A stretch of DNA of 62,038 nucleotides, filler included, from Coriobacteriales bacterium (GCA_031263105.1; 6 parts of 6 records of this genome joined end to end with filler, not necessarily neighbours in it); one strand, 5' to 3'. Counted from the whole stretch's first letter, positions 29,163 through 38,907 are shown. A program made the numbers and translations. Notes: generated by a model from the sequence alone, not told the origin.

Positions 29163-30395
29163 TCAGTTCGACGAGAAGTAGCCGCCCATGAGGGGAATAT
29201 CGTCGTCGTCAGGGTGATGAGGAGAGGAGCGGGAGCGATGCGAATGGCCGCAGGCGTCCTCGTCGCAGTCCTCGTCGTCATCGTAGTCGTACTCGTAGTC
29301 GTCTCCGTAGGCGCAACCGGAACAGTTCTCGTTCGCGCGCTCGTAGACGTCCATCGCGCGCTGTGCGAGCTCCCAGTCGAGGCCGTGCGCCACACAGCGC
29401 TTCTCGTCGTAGTAGATGAGGGCGAGCGCATGGATGCCCTTCTTCCCTCCCCCGATGAGCACCAGCAGGTCGTAGAGCTGATGCGCGGTCTCAAGGCCCG
29501 GCAGCGCAAGGTCGAGGCTGTCGGCCACGTCAAGGGCGCTCGTCAGCTCGTTGAAGAAGAGGCGGAGGTCGCCCCCTTGGTAGAACTCCTCGTCGAGTAT
29601 CCTTTTGCCGAAGGCGCGCGCAACGACGGAGGATGCCGCACCGTGTTCGAGGACCTGGGGGATACGCGCAGGCTCGACGCCGACGAGCAGGGCGAAGGTG
29701 ACGGCCTCGACGACGCCCATGAGCGCACCGGCGACCGCTATCTGCGAGGCGAGCTTGCAGGCCACGCCGCAGCCGGGCAGGCCGGCATCGACGACCTCGG
29801 GCACCAGCAGGCCCAGGACGGGAAGCGCCCGTTGCAGGCTGTCGGGATCTCCCGCGGCAAAGGCCCTGAGGGCCGACGGGGCGAGGCCGTCTGCGGGCGG
29901 CTCCTGGAAGGAGAGCTCGAGGGGCGCCTCCACGAAGCACTGGTCGTGCACCGCAGCCAAGGCGTAGAGCTCCTTCGCCAGGCGGGGGCTCGAGGTGCCC
30001 AGGTCGATGAACAGGCCCGCATCGTGTGCCTTCTCGAAGACGCCGCCCTCCCCCAGATAGACGTCCTCGGCCTCCTGGGGGCTGCTCAGCAGGGTCAGGA
30101 CGACCTCGGCGCCCTTCACGGCGGACGCGAGCGTGGGTGCCTCCCGCAGCCGTGCGGCGCAGCTTCCGGGCTGAGGGCCGGACCGGGCCGCAGCCCCGGG
30201 CAGGGCCACAGCCCCGGACCGCGCTGCCCCGGACCGGGCCGCAGCAGGGGCCGGAAGGCCGGACGAGACGTTGGACAGGGCCCCTCGGACGAAACAGGAG
30301 ACCTCGTGACCGGCATCGAGCAGCCCTTGCGCGAGGGCGCGTCCAAGAGCATCCCGGTCGCGCTGCCAGACGAAGGCGATCGCAGGCCGATTCAT
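29163..30395 (-). CDS. 3-hydroxyisobutyrate/6-phosphogluconate dehydrogenase-family protein, divergent
   Basis: IDLGTSSP, FVEAP, G.GVACKLASQ motifs; no GxGxxG; acidic Cys/His-rich tail. Confidence 0.7.
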   Translation of the reverse strand: MNRPAIAFVWQRDRDALGRALAQGLLDAGHEVSCFVRGALSNVSSGLPAPAAARSGAARSGAVALPGAAARSGPQPGSCAARLREAPTLASAVKGAEVVLTLLSSPQEAEDVYLGEGGVFEKAHDAGLFIDLGTSSPRLAKELYALAAVHDQCFVEAPLELSFQEPPADGLAPSALRAFAAGDPDSLQRALPVLGLLVPEVVDAGLPGCGVACKLASQIAVAGALMGVVEAVTFALLVGVEPARIPQVLEHGAASSVVARAFGKRILDEEFYQGGDLRLFFNELTSALDVADSLDLALPGLETAHQLYDLLVLIGGGKKGIHALALIYYDEKRCVAHGLDWELAQRAMDVYERANENCSGCAYGDDYEYDYDDDEDCDEDACGHSHRSRSSPHHPDDDDIPLMGGYFSSN

Positions 30396-31345
30396 GAGCC
30401 GTCCCCGCCCTGCTTGCGCCCTGAGACGGCCCGTGCGATACGGTCCGTTAGCGACATGTGCTCACGCCGGTCGAAGCCCCAGAACACGACGGCTATCATA
30501 TCGGGCCCGACGTGCGATCCGATGACCGGCCCGACGCTCGTCTGCCAGATCGAGAGCTCGTAGGGCAGCTTGAGAAGCTGCTCGGTGAGGGCCTTCTGCT
30601 CCTTCTCCGCATCCGCCGAGGCCACCAGTATCGGATGCGAGGTCTGGTCCTTGAAGCGCTCTTGGAATATCTGGATCAGCTGCCGCAGCGACTTCTTGCG
30701 GCCGCGTGCCGCACCGAAGAAGGCCAAGCGCCCGTCGAGGTCGAAGGTGAGGATGGGCTTGATGTCGAGCTTCGCCCCCGCGACGGCCGCCATGTCGGGG
30801 ATGCGGCCTCCGCGCCGAAGCGTCTCAAGGCTTGCCAGGGTGAAGAAGCCATGCACGTAATACCGCGCCTCCCTCACCCAGTCCGCCAGCTCGGCGGCGC
30901 TCAGGCCTCGGTCGCACTGGCGCACCGCCTCCATGACGAGCAGGCCCTCGGCCGCCGAGGCCAGTTTGCTGTCGACGATGTGAAGCTCGGCGTCGGGGTA
31001 CTCCGCCTTCATCTCGTCCCACGTGGAGACGACGCTCTCGAAGGTGCCGGACAGACAGCTCGAGAAGCAGATGAACACCGTCGGCACCCCGCTTGTCGCG
31101 GCGCGCTCCAGCGTCGAGCGGACGGTTCCGTAGGGCACCTGCGACGTGGAGGACTGCTCGCCCTTGCGCAGGCGCGTGTAGAACTCGTGCGGCGTCATCG
31201 ACGTCCACAGGTCGTCCAGATGCTCCCCGTCCTCCATGACGTAGGAGAAGGGCATGACCTCCACATGGAAGGATGCCACGAGGTCGGCCGGCAGGTCGCA
31301 GCACGAGTCGAGGACGATGTTGCATATGCGGTTTCGGGTTGCCAC
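30392..31345 (-). CDS. DegV-family fatty-acid-binding protein
   Basis: DSCCDLP, STSQ, SSCLSGTF, VDSKLAS, RGGRI, IKPIL, GSHVGP; GTG start after AAGAAAGG. Confidence 0.93.
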   Translation of the reverse strand: MATRNRICNIVLDSCCDLPADLVASFHVEVMPFSYVMEDGEHLDDLWTSMTPHEFYTRLRKGEQSSTSQVPYGTVRSTLERAATSGVPTVFICFSSCLSGTFESVVSTWDEMKAEYPDAELHIVDSKLASAAEGLLVMEAVRQCDRGLSAAELADWVREARYYVHGFFTLASLETLRRGGRIPDMAAVAGAKLDIKPILTFDLDGRLAFFGAARGRKKSLRQLIQIFQERFKDQTSHPILVASADAEKEQKALTEQLLKLPYELSIWQTSVGPVIGSHVGPDMIAVVFWGFDRREHMSLTDRIARAVSGRKQGGDGS

Positions 31346-31516
31346 GTCTGTGCCTTTCTTGTAACCGTTCGTGTGCGCCGTGCGCCCCTTGGGGCATCGC
31401 CCGCAGGCCCCTTGCGCACAATGCCCTGTCGCGCACGCAGCTGCATGGGCGGATGCGGATGCGTGCACGCATGCGACCGCATGGGCGGATGCAGCCGCAT
31501 GCATGCACAGACCATC

Positions 31517-33028
31517 TTACCGCAACATGCGGTTCAATGCGTTGAGGTAGGCCTTGGCGCTGGAGACGATGATGTCGCCGTCGGCCCCACGACCGGAGCA
31601 GACCCTCCCGTCCGCATCCTCCACACGCACCGTGACCTCGCCGAGGGCGTCCATGCCGCGCGTGATGGCCTGCACCGTGAACTCCCTGAGGTCGCCTTTC
31701 GCCTGCACGACCTCGTCGATCGCGCGGTACGTCGCGTCGATGGGGCCGGTGCCCGTGGCGCTGGCAGGATGCTCGCCGCCCTCCCGGTCCACCAGGACGA
31801 CCGACGCCGCTGCCACGACCGGCATGCCGCAGCTCACCTGCAGGGCCTTGAGCGACCACAACGCGTCGTGGCCTCGGTCGTGCTCCGCCATGAGCGCCTC
31901 GAGGTCCTCGTCGTAGACCTCCTTCTTCCTGTCGGCCATCCCGAGGAAGCGCGCATACACCTGTCCAAAGGCCGCCTCCTCCAAGGGGAATCCCAGGTCG
32001 GCGAGGCGGCGCCGGAGCGCCGAGCGCCCGCTGCGGGCCGTCAGCACGATGCCCGAGCCGTCGGCGCCGACGCTTGCGGGGTCGAGTATCTCGTAGGTCG
32101 TGCGCTCCTTCATCACCCCGTCCTGATGCACCCCGCTCGAATGCGCGAAGGCGTTCGCCCCCACGATGGCCTTGTTCGGCTGCACCTTGATGCCCGTGAC
32201 GGCAGAGACCAGATGCGAGGCGCGCGTGAACTCGCGGGCATCGATGTCGCTGTGCGCGTCGAGCTCGGCCCCATGCACCCGGATCGCCATGACGACCTCC
32301 TCCATGGCCGTGTTGCCGGCACGCTCGCCAAGGCCGTTGAGGGTGCACTCGACCTGTTGTGCGCCGCATCTGATGCCGGCAAGGGAGAGCGCCGTGGCAA
32401 GCCCGAGGTCGTTGTGGCAGTGCACGGACAGGACGATGCGCTCGATGCCGCGCACCTCCTCCCTGATCCGGGCTATGCGCGCGCCGAAGGCCTCCGGCAG
32501 CGAGTAGCCCGTGGTGTCGGGGACGTTGACGACGGTCGCGCCCGCCGCGATGGCGGCCTCGAGGATGCGAATGAGGAAGGAGAGGTCCGCACGGCCTGCA
32601 TCTTCGGCATAGAACTGCACGTCGTCGCAGAGGGAGCGCGCGAGACGGACGGCGGCGACCGCACGGTCGACGGCCTCCTGCTCGGTGATGCGCAGCTTGT
32701 CGCGCAGGTGGGAGGGGCTTACGCCGAGCCCCGTCTGTATACGGGGGCGCGCGGCACCTGCAAGCGCCTCGGCCGCAGCCTCGATGTCGCGCGGCACCGC
32801 ACGGGCGAGCGCACAGACCACGGCCGCGTCCGCCACCTCGGCGGCGACGCGCTGCACGCTCTCGAAGTCGCCCGGGCTCGAGGCCGGAAACCCCGCCTCG
32901 ATGACATCGACGCCGAGCCTGAGCAGCTGACGCGCAACGATGAGCTTCTCGCTTGCGTTCATGCCCGCGCCGGGCGACTGCTCGCCGTCGCGCAGCGTGG
33001 TGTCGAATATGGCTATCCTCCGTGTCAT
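31517..33028 (-). CDS. leuA: 2-isopropylmalate synthase
   Basis: IFDTTLRDGEQSPG, HCHNDLGLA, GERAGN, AHSSGVHQDG, regulatory domain G.GPIDA. Confidence 0.97.
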   Translation of the reverse strand: MTRRIAIFDTTLRDGEQSPGAGMNASEKLIVARQLLRLGVDVIEAGFPASSPGDFESVQRVAAEVADAAVVCALARAVPRDIEAAAEALAGAARPRIQTGLGVSPSHLRDKLRITEQEAVDRAVAAVRLARSLCDDVQFYAEDAGRADLSFLIRILEAAIAAGATVVNVPDTTGYSLPEAFGARIARIREEVRGIERIVLSVHCHNDLGLATALSLAGIRCGAQQVECTLNGLGERAGNTAMEEVVMAIRVHGAELDAHSDIDAREFTRASHLVSAVTGIKVQPNKAIVGANAFAHSSGVHQDGVMKERTTYEILDPASVGADGSGIVLTARSGRSALRRRLADLGFPLEEAAFGQVYARFLGMADRKKEVYDEDLEALMAEHDRGHDALWSLKALQVSCGMPVVAAASVVLVDREGGEHPASATGTGPIDATYRAIDEVVQAKGDLREFTVQAITRGMDALGEVTVRVEDADGRVCSGRGADGDIIVSSAKAYLNALNRMLR

Positions 33029-33108
33029 AGAGAGTCATTCTACCCGATTTGCCGCAGGAACTTGTTGCTATTTACCGCCCTGGCCCCGGCCCCGGCCCCG
33101 GCCCCGGC

Positions 33109-33256
33109 CCCCCACTGTCACCCCGACCCCCACTGTCATCCCGAGCCCCCACTGTCATCCCGGCCCCCACTGTCATCCCGAGCCCCCACTGTCATCCCGA
33201 GCCCCCACTGTCATCCCGAGCGAAGCCGAGGGATCCTTGGGTCCGAGCGCCCGGAA
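33109..33256. repeat. Tandem left-arm array of TGTCAT-family repeat (truncated)
   Basis: 6 tandem CCCCCACTGTCATCCCGAG-like units, then GAAGCCGAGGGATCC. Confidence 0.9.
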
Positions 33257-33356
33257 NNNNNNNNNNNNNNNNNNNNNNNNNNNNNNNNNNNNNNNNNNNN
33301 TTAATTAATTAANNNNNNNNNNNNNNNNNNNNNNNNNNNNNNNNNNNNNNNNNNNN
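33257..33356. other. Artificial contig linker
   Basis: N-TTAATTAATTAA-N. Confidence 0.99.
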
Positions 33357-33445
33357 CGCAGTCGAGAGATCCCTCGGCCCAGGGTTGGCCGCTCCGCAGC
33401 CAAGGATTCCTCGGCTGCGCTGCGCTTCGCTCGGAATGACAGTGC
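33357..33445. repeat. Right arm of TGTCAT-family repeat (truncated)
   Basis: GGATTCCTCGGCTGCGCTGCGCTTCGCTCGGAATGACAGTG. Confidence 0.8.
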
Positions 33446-33565
33446 ACTGCGGGGCTTCGCCCCGGAGTCCACTCTGAGCGAGTGCAGCCGAAGAGTTCAG
33501 AGTGACAGGGGGTGTGTCTCGCAACCCCTTCGTTGCGGCAGAGATGTGACCAATAGCCCTTCGTC

Positions 33566-33600
33566 GCGTCTCACTTTGCGAATATCGCAGAATGAGACGC
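33566..33600. promoter_or_regulatory. Candidate upstream activator sequence (enhancer) for the sigma54 activator
   Basis: Inverted repeat GCGTCTCA-CTTTGCGA-ATA-TCGCAGAA-TGAGACGC about 85-120 bp upstream of the -24 element. Confidence 0.6.
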
Positions 33601-33684
33601 GACAGCTGTATCAGCATCCCCACACCACAAATCGATAACCGCAGTTCCACCGCCTGAGCGTCGTGCGCACAGCTCTGTGCAAAG

Positions 33685-33701
33685 TTGGCACGATTCTTGC
33701 A
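33685..33701 (+). promoter_or_regulatory. sigma54 (-24/-12) promoter
   Basis: TTGGCACGATTCTTGCA matches the TGGCACG-N4-TTGC(A/T) consensus with correct GG-N10-GC spacing. Confidence 0.88.
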
Positions 33702-33758
33702 TAAGGGGTTGTAGAGCGTACAAAGGCGCAGAGGCGACTTCAGGAAAGGAGGTTACCC

Positions 33759-33935
33759 ATGGCTGAGGAGCAGAAAGGCAAAACCCGACAGGTCAAGGCT
33801 GAAGAAGAGGAGAAGGACACCAAGGATCAGGCCCAGGCTCTGGACAAGGACACCGCATACGAAAAACAGGCACTCGATAAAACCGGTCGGGACTGGTCCA
33901 AGCGCAAGACGTTCAAGCCTAACGGCACGGTGTAA
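33759..33935 (+). CDS. Small charged hypothetical protein (58 aa), first gene of the sigma54 operon
   Basis: Strong RBS AGGAAAGGAGG; MAEEQKGKTRQVKAEEEEKDTKDQAQALDKDTAYEKQALDKTGRDWSKRKTFKPNGTV; absent from the supplied ORF track. Confidence 0.7.
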   Translation: MAEEQKGKTRQVKAEEEEKDTKDQAQALDKDTAYEKQALDKTGRDWSKRKTFKPNGTV

Positions 33936-33982
33936 GCAAAACGGGCGTCAGAGGCCCAAAGACCCGCGAAGGAGGTTGCGTA

Positions 33983-36316
33983 ATGAGAAATGAGCTGGAA
34001 GGCGTCAACAAAGACGTCTACAAGACCGATTGGCAATGGCAGGAGGGCGAATACACGGTCACGCGCACCAATATGTGGACGGCGCCCGGCTGCCATAACG
34101 GATGCAGCGTGCTGTATTACACCAAGGACGGCAAGGTCGAGAAGATCGAGGGCGACCCGCTGAGCCCCTACAACCAGGGCCGCCTGTGCATGCGCTGCAT
34201 CGACTACTGCGAGACCGCCAGCCACCCCGACCGCCTGAAGTACCCCCTCAAGCGCAGCGGCGAGCGTGGCGAGAACCAGTGGGAGCGCATCAGCTGGGAC
34301 GAGGCCTACGACATCATCGTCGAGCACGTCTATGAGATATGGGACAACTACGGGCCGGAATCCATCGTCGCCATGCAGGGCACTGGCCGCAACATCTGCT
34401 GGCAGACCCCGTATCTGTGTTACAGCGCCTTCGGCAGCCCCAACTTCGTGCTGGGCTTCCTCTCCGGCGACGCCTGCTATCTGCCCCGCACCACCATCGG
34501 GCACTGCTTCATGGGCGACTTCATGGTGGCCGACGTCTCCCAGCACCTTGAGCGCCGCTACGAGGATCCCGAGTACCGGTTGCCCGAGTACATCCTCATC
34601 CTCGGCAACAACCCGCTCATCTCCAACGGCGACGGTTTCTTCGGCCATTGGATCGTCGATGCGATGAAGGACGGAACCAAGCTGATCGTCGTCGATGCGT
34701 CGTGCACCTGGCTTGCCTCCAAGGCCGAGCACTGGCTGCGCGTGCGACCTGGCACCGATGCCGCCGTGGTCATCGCCATGCTCAACGTCATCATCAACGA
34801 GGACCTCTACGACCACGATTTCGTCGAGAACTGGACCTATGGCTTCGAGGAGCTCGCCGAGCGTGTGCAGGAGTATCCGCCCGAGCGCGCCGCCGAGATC
34901 GCTTGGATAACCGCCGACGAGATCCGTGCCGCCGCCCGCGCCTATGCCAGCGGCAATCCCTCGGCCATCCAATGGGGCCTCAAGGTCGATCAGACCGTCT
35001 GCGGCATCCCGCTGGCCCACGCCCTGCTCTGCATGGGCGCCATCTGCGGCGACATCGACGTCCCCGGCGGCTGCATGATCCCGCGCTGCGCCTACGACAT
35101 CTCGGACAGCTACGGCTGTGGGCTCTGGAACGTCCCCGACGAGATGATGCAGAAGATGCTCGGCGTGGAGACCTCGCCGCTGCATGCGCTGGGCTTCGAC
35201 CCCACCGCCAACGGGGACACGGTCCTTCAGGCGATCGAGACCGACGAGCCGTATCCCATCCGCATGCTCTTCATCCAGTCCACCAACCCCATCGCCAACA
35301 TGGCGGCCGACGCGCCGCGCGTCTACCGGGCGATGCGCAAGGTGCCCTTCAACGTGGTGGTCGACGTCTTCATGACCCCGACGGCCATCGCTTGCGCGGA
35401 CATCGTGCTGCCCTGCGGCATGAGCTCCGAGCGCAACAGCGGCCGCGTGTGGTGGTGGCCGCTGCGCTCCATCGTCAAGGTCAACGACTATTACGAGGCG
35501 AAGTCCGACGAGCAGATCATCCTCGAGCTCGGCAAGCGCCTCAACCCCGACCTCTTTCCCTGGGAAGACGACATCGAGCTGATGACCTGGTGGGTGCAGA
35601 GCGGGAACCGCTTCCATGCCGGCTGGCCCGCCAAGACCGACGAGACCTTCCCGGAACTGGTGGAGAAGGTCATCGACTGGCCGGACGACTGGGCGTACAA
35701 AAAGTACGAGAAAGGCCTGCTCCGTGACGACGGCGAGCCCGGCTTCAACACCACGACCGGTAAATGCGAGCTGTACCTCACGCTGTTCGAGGCCTGGGGC
35801 TTCGACCCTCTGCCGTATTACGAGGAGCCGCCCGAGAGCCCCATCAACACGCCCGAGCTGTTCGAGCAGTACCCGCTCGTGCTCACCACCGGTGCCCGCA
35901 CTTGGGAGTACTTCCATTCCGAGGAGCGCCAGGTGCCGCGTCTGCGCGAGTCGCATCCCGACCCGCTGACCGACCTGCACCCCAGCCTTGCTGCTGAGAT
36001 CGGTGTCGTCGCCGGCGACTGGATCTGGGTCGAGAACATGCGGGGCAAGTGTAAGCAGCGCGTCCGCCTCAACGCGTCGCTGCATCCCAAGGTCGTGCGG
36101 GCCGAGCACGGATGGTGGTTCCCCGAGCGCGAAGGCGCCGAGCCGAGCCTCTTTGGCGTCTTCGACTCGAACATCAACAACCTGACGGTCCAAGGCGTCA
36201 CCGGCCCCACGCTCTACGGGGCGCCGTATGCCAACCAGATATGCAAAGTCTATCCCGTCACGGCGGAAAACGACTGCTCGCCCAGCGAGATCGTCACACG
36301 GAAGGGAGGTTTTTAA
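33983..36316 (+). CDS. Cytoplasmic molybdopterin oxidoreductase catalytic subunit (acetylene-hydratase / catechol-dehydroxylase-like clade)
   Basis: No signal peptide; WTAPGCHNGC...GRLCMR Fe-S motif, RISWDEA, RPGTDAA, ADIVLP, YPLVLTTGAR, HGWWFPE. Confidence 0.9.
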   Translation: MRNELEGVNKDVYKTDWQWQEGEYTVTRTNMWTAPGCHNGCSVLYYTKDGKVEKIEGDPLSPYNQGRLCMRCIDYCETASHPDRLKYPLKRSGERGENQWERISWDEAYDIIVEHVYEIWDNYGPESIVAMQGTGRNICWQTPYLCYSAFGSPNFVLGFLSGDACYLPRTTIGHCFMGDFMVADVSQHLERRYEDPEYRLPEYILILGNNPLISNGDGFFGHWIVDAMKDGTKLIVVDASCTWLASKAEHWLRVRPGTDAAVVIAMLNVIINEDLYDHDFVENWTYGFEELAERVQEYPPERAAEIAWITADEIRAAARAYASGNPSAIQWGLKVDQTVCGIPLAHALLCMGAICGDIDVPGGCMIPRCAYDISDSYGCGLWNVPDEMMQKMLGVETSPLHALGFDPTANGDTVLQAIETDEPYPIRMLFIQSTNPIANMAADAPRVYRAMRKVPFNVVVDVFMTPTAIACADIVLPCGMSSERNSGRVWWWPLRSIVKVNDYYEAKSDEQIILELGKRLNPDLFPWEDDIELMTWWVQSGNRFHAGWPAKTDETFPELVEKVIDWPDDWAYKKYEKGLLRDDGEPGFNTTTGKCELYLTLFEAWGFDPLPYYEEPPESPINTPELFEQYPLVLTTGARTWEYFHSEERQVPRLRESHPDPLTDLHPSLAAEIGVVAGDWIWVENMRGKCKQRVRLNASLHPKVVRAEHGWWFPEREGAEPSLFGVFDSNINNLTVQGVTGPTLYGAPYANQICKVYPVTAENDCSPSEIVTRKGGF

Positions 36317-36317
36317 C

Positions 36318-36656
36318 ATGGCACATACCCATGGACTGCTGATCGACTACGAGTGGTGCACCGGCTGTCATTCCTGCGAGATGGCATGCAAGGTCGAACT
36401 GGGCCTTGGCGAGGGGCACTACGGCATCACCCTGCATGCGGACGGGCCGCGCATGATGCCCAACGGCGCCTACGAGTACCTCTATCTGCCCATCCCCACG
36501 TCGTTGTGCAACCTGTGCGAGGACCGCGTTGCTGCAGGCAAGCTGCCCACCTGCGTGCACCACTGCCAGGCGGCATGCATGACCTATGGGCCAGTCGACG
36601 AGTTGGCAAAAAAGGCGCAGGCCAAGCCTAAGAGTTGCCTGTTCGTCCCCTGCTGA
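36318..36656 (+). CDS. Small Fe-S subunit
   Basis: CTGCHSCEMAC, CNLC, CVHHCQA; GGGAGG RBS. Confidence 0.9.
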   Translation: MAHTHGLLIDYEWCTGCHSCEMACKVELGLGEGHYGITLHADGPRMMPNGAYEYLYLPIPTSLCNLCEDRVAAGKLPTCVHHCQAACMTYGPVDELAKKAQAKPKSCLFVPC

Positions 36657-36738
36657 GCGCAGACAGGGTTTGGAGGAGACAAGCGAGCAGACAGGGAACC
36701 GTCCCTGTCTGCTCCTACGAATCAAGAGGTGAACAGCC

Positions 36739-37086
36739 ATGTGTTTCAGACCAGCGGGCGTGGCTCGCGTCATGCAATGCCCCGAGTGCGGCGCATTCAA
36801 CAAACCGGGAAACGTGGTGTGCCAAAAGTGCGGTAAGGATTTCAGCGAGGAGATCGCAGCCGCCGAGGCTGCGGCCGCTGAGACCATGGTCGCCCCCGCG
36901 ATCCCGGGCAACGCCCCGACCGCCCCGGGCAACGCGCCAAGGCCGGGCAACGCCCCGGGCAACGCGCCAAGGCCGGGCAACGCGCCCGGGCCGGGCGGCC
37001 TGCGCTCCCCGAGCGCCCCGCCCCGCCCGCCATCCGCCCCGCCGCCCAAGGCATCGGGGCCTAAGGCACCGTCTAAGCCGGACTAA
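36739..37086 (+). CDS. Zinc-ribbon protein with Pro/Ala-rich tail (MCFRP-type small subunit candidate)
   Basis: MCFRP...CPECG...CQKCG, then PGNAP repeats; GAGGTG RBS. Confidence 0.75.
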   Translation: MCFRPAGVARVMQCPECGAFNKPGNVVCQKCGKDFSEEIAAAEAAAAETMVAPAIPGNAPTAPGNAPRPGNAPGNAPRPGNAPGPGGLRSPSAPPRPPSAPPPKASGPKAPSKPD

Positions 37087-37098
37087 CAGGAAGACTTC

Positions 37099-37440
37099 AT
37101 GCCTAGTTGCCGAAGCTGCAATCCGACCTGTCAACGCTGTCACAGGAAACCAGGGTTCAGATTGCCGGTCGAGTGTCCCGTGTGCGGTCGGTACAACCCC
37201 GCGCATTGGGAGGTCTGCAAGCGTTGTGGCACCGCAATTGTCCAGCCGGAACCAGGTGAAGTACGTACCCATTTGTCAACTGATACCAGGAAAAGCTGCT
37301 TTCGTTGCGACCCTCTGCAACAACCGCTCTGCCAGACGTGCGTGAAGCTGGGCAGGATAAAGGTATGCCCCGTCTGCACGGGTTATGTGTTAGGTACCCG
37401 CATGGCCTGCAAACACTGCGGCCATGTGTTCGAGGAGTGA
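37099..37440 (+). CDS. Cys-rich multi-zinc-ribbon protein
   Basis: Eight CxxC pairs in 113 aa; AGGAAG RBS. Confidence 0.7.
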   Translation: MPSCRSCNPTCQRCHRKPGFRLPVECPVCGRYNPAHWEVCKRCGTAIVQPEPGEVRTHLSTDTRKSCFRCDPLQQPLCQTCVKLGRIKVCPVCTGYVLGTRMACKHCGHVFEE

Positions 37441-37683
37441 ACGTGCTCTTGGAGGCTCTCTCTATGAGAGGAGGGAATCGTCAGGTGCGTCGCAGGCACG
37501 GAAGGGAAGCATGGTCCGTTTCCGGCGCATCGACCGAGGGAGACCTCTGGTTCCACAGGCAGAGCGACGAGAAAGGAGGCAGTGGGCAACGGAGCGAATG
37601 TGGGTCGAAGGTCAGTTTTGCAGCGAAACAGTACGGCAATGAATCAGTAAAGCGGATCGATGAATGAGGAGGCGGTACAGTTG

Positions 37684-38907
37684 ATGAATCAAATCAAGAA
37701 GTTCAACGGAAAAGCCTGGATAATCGTGCTTGCCATATTTGTTGCAGGCATTGCAATGGCTTGGACGCAGAACAAGATCATGCCGGTCATCGGCCTGGTG
37801 CAGGCGGACTTGAACGTCAGTGCGTTTACTGCCGGTTGGATCTCCGGGATCTTTAACGTGCTGGGCATCGTCCTTGCGTTCCCGGCGGTCGGCATGGTCA
37901 GGAAGTGGGGCGTCTTCAAGGGCGGCATCGTCTCCATCGCCGTGACCCTTGTCGGCTCGATCATTGGGTTCCTCGCCCCTAACGAGGGCGTGCTGTTTGC
38001 CAGCCGCATCTTGGAGGGCTTCGGCATCGGTCTTATCTCCATCATCGCGCCGTCCACTATCGCCATGTGGTTCCCCATCGAGAAACGCGGCTTCCCCATG
38101 GGCATCTGGAGCTCGTGGCAGATGGTGGCCATCGCCGGCAGCTTCCTGTTCACCGGCAACATCATCGGCCCGGAGGGCGCCTGGAAGCATATGTGGATCG
38201 TGGGCATCTTCCTGCTGGTGATCGGCCTGGTTCTGTTCGCATGGAAGGTCCGTCCGCCGGCGATCGAGGAGAACCATGCGAACGTCGAGGACTCCTCCGT
38301 CAAGGTGACCGAGGTCTTCAAGCACCGCTCCGTCTACATCATGTCCATCGGCGGCATCGGCTTCGGCATGGCCATCATGACCTTCGCCACGTGGATCGCC
38401 ACCTATTGGACCCAGACTATCGGCCTTGACCCCGGCACGGCGAACAGCATCGTCGGCTATGTCTATCTCGCCGAGATATTCACGGCCATGCTCGGCGGCT
38501 TTATCCTGGACAAGGTCAAGAACCGCAAGCGCTTCGTCTCCATCGACGGCATCCTGTACGCGCTCGTCTTCTTTGCGGCGTTCAACGTGACCTCGCTGCC
38601 CATCGTCGCCGTCGTGTGCGTCCTGTACTGCGTCATCGAGGGCGTCTTCGCTGCCGCCATGTGGTCGCTGATCACCCAGACGACCCCCGATCCGCGCCTC
38701 GCCGGCGCATCGACGGCGTTCTACTCGATGTTCCTCAACTTGGGGATGATGTTGGGCGCTCCCATCGCAGGCGCGATCCTGGATGCGACGAGCTTCCAAG
38801 GTTGGGGCTATCTTGCCATCTTCGCTGCCGTCTGCCAGCTTGTTGCCGGCGTCTGCTTCGGCCTCATGAAGCTCTACAACGAGAAGGGCGAGGAAGTCAA
38901 GGCATAG
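37684..38907 (+). CDS. MFS transporter
   Basis: About 12 TM helices, SRILEGFG, AMWFPIEKRGFPMGIW; start could be 37660. Confidence 0.92.
   Translation: MNQIKKFNGKAWIIVLAIFVAGIAMAWTQNKIMPVIGLVQADLNVSAFTAGWISGIFNVLGIVLAFPAVGMVRKWGVFKGGIVSIAVTLVGSIIGFLAPNEGVLFASRILEGFGIGLISIIAPSTIAMWFPIEKRGFPMGIWSSWQMVAIAGSFLFTGNIIGPEGAWKHMWIVGIFLLVIGLVLFAWKVRPPAIEENHANVEDSSVKVTEVFKHRSVYIMSIGGIGFGMAIMTFATWIATYWTQTIGLDPGTANSIVGYVYLAEIFTAMLGGFILDKVKNRKRFVSIDGILYALVFFAAFNVTSLPIVAVVCVLYCVIEGVFAAAMWSLITQTTPDPRLAGASTAFYSMFLNLGMMLGAPIAGAILDATSFQGWGYLAIFAAVCQLVAGVCFGLMKLYNEKGEEVKA

Noticed and set aside
31346..31504. His/Cys/Ala-rich N-terminal extension of DegV
   Set aside because: A better GTG start with an RBS lies at 31345; the extension derives from short GCATGGGCGGATGC repeats.
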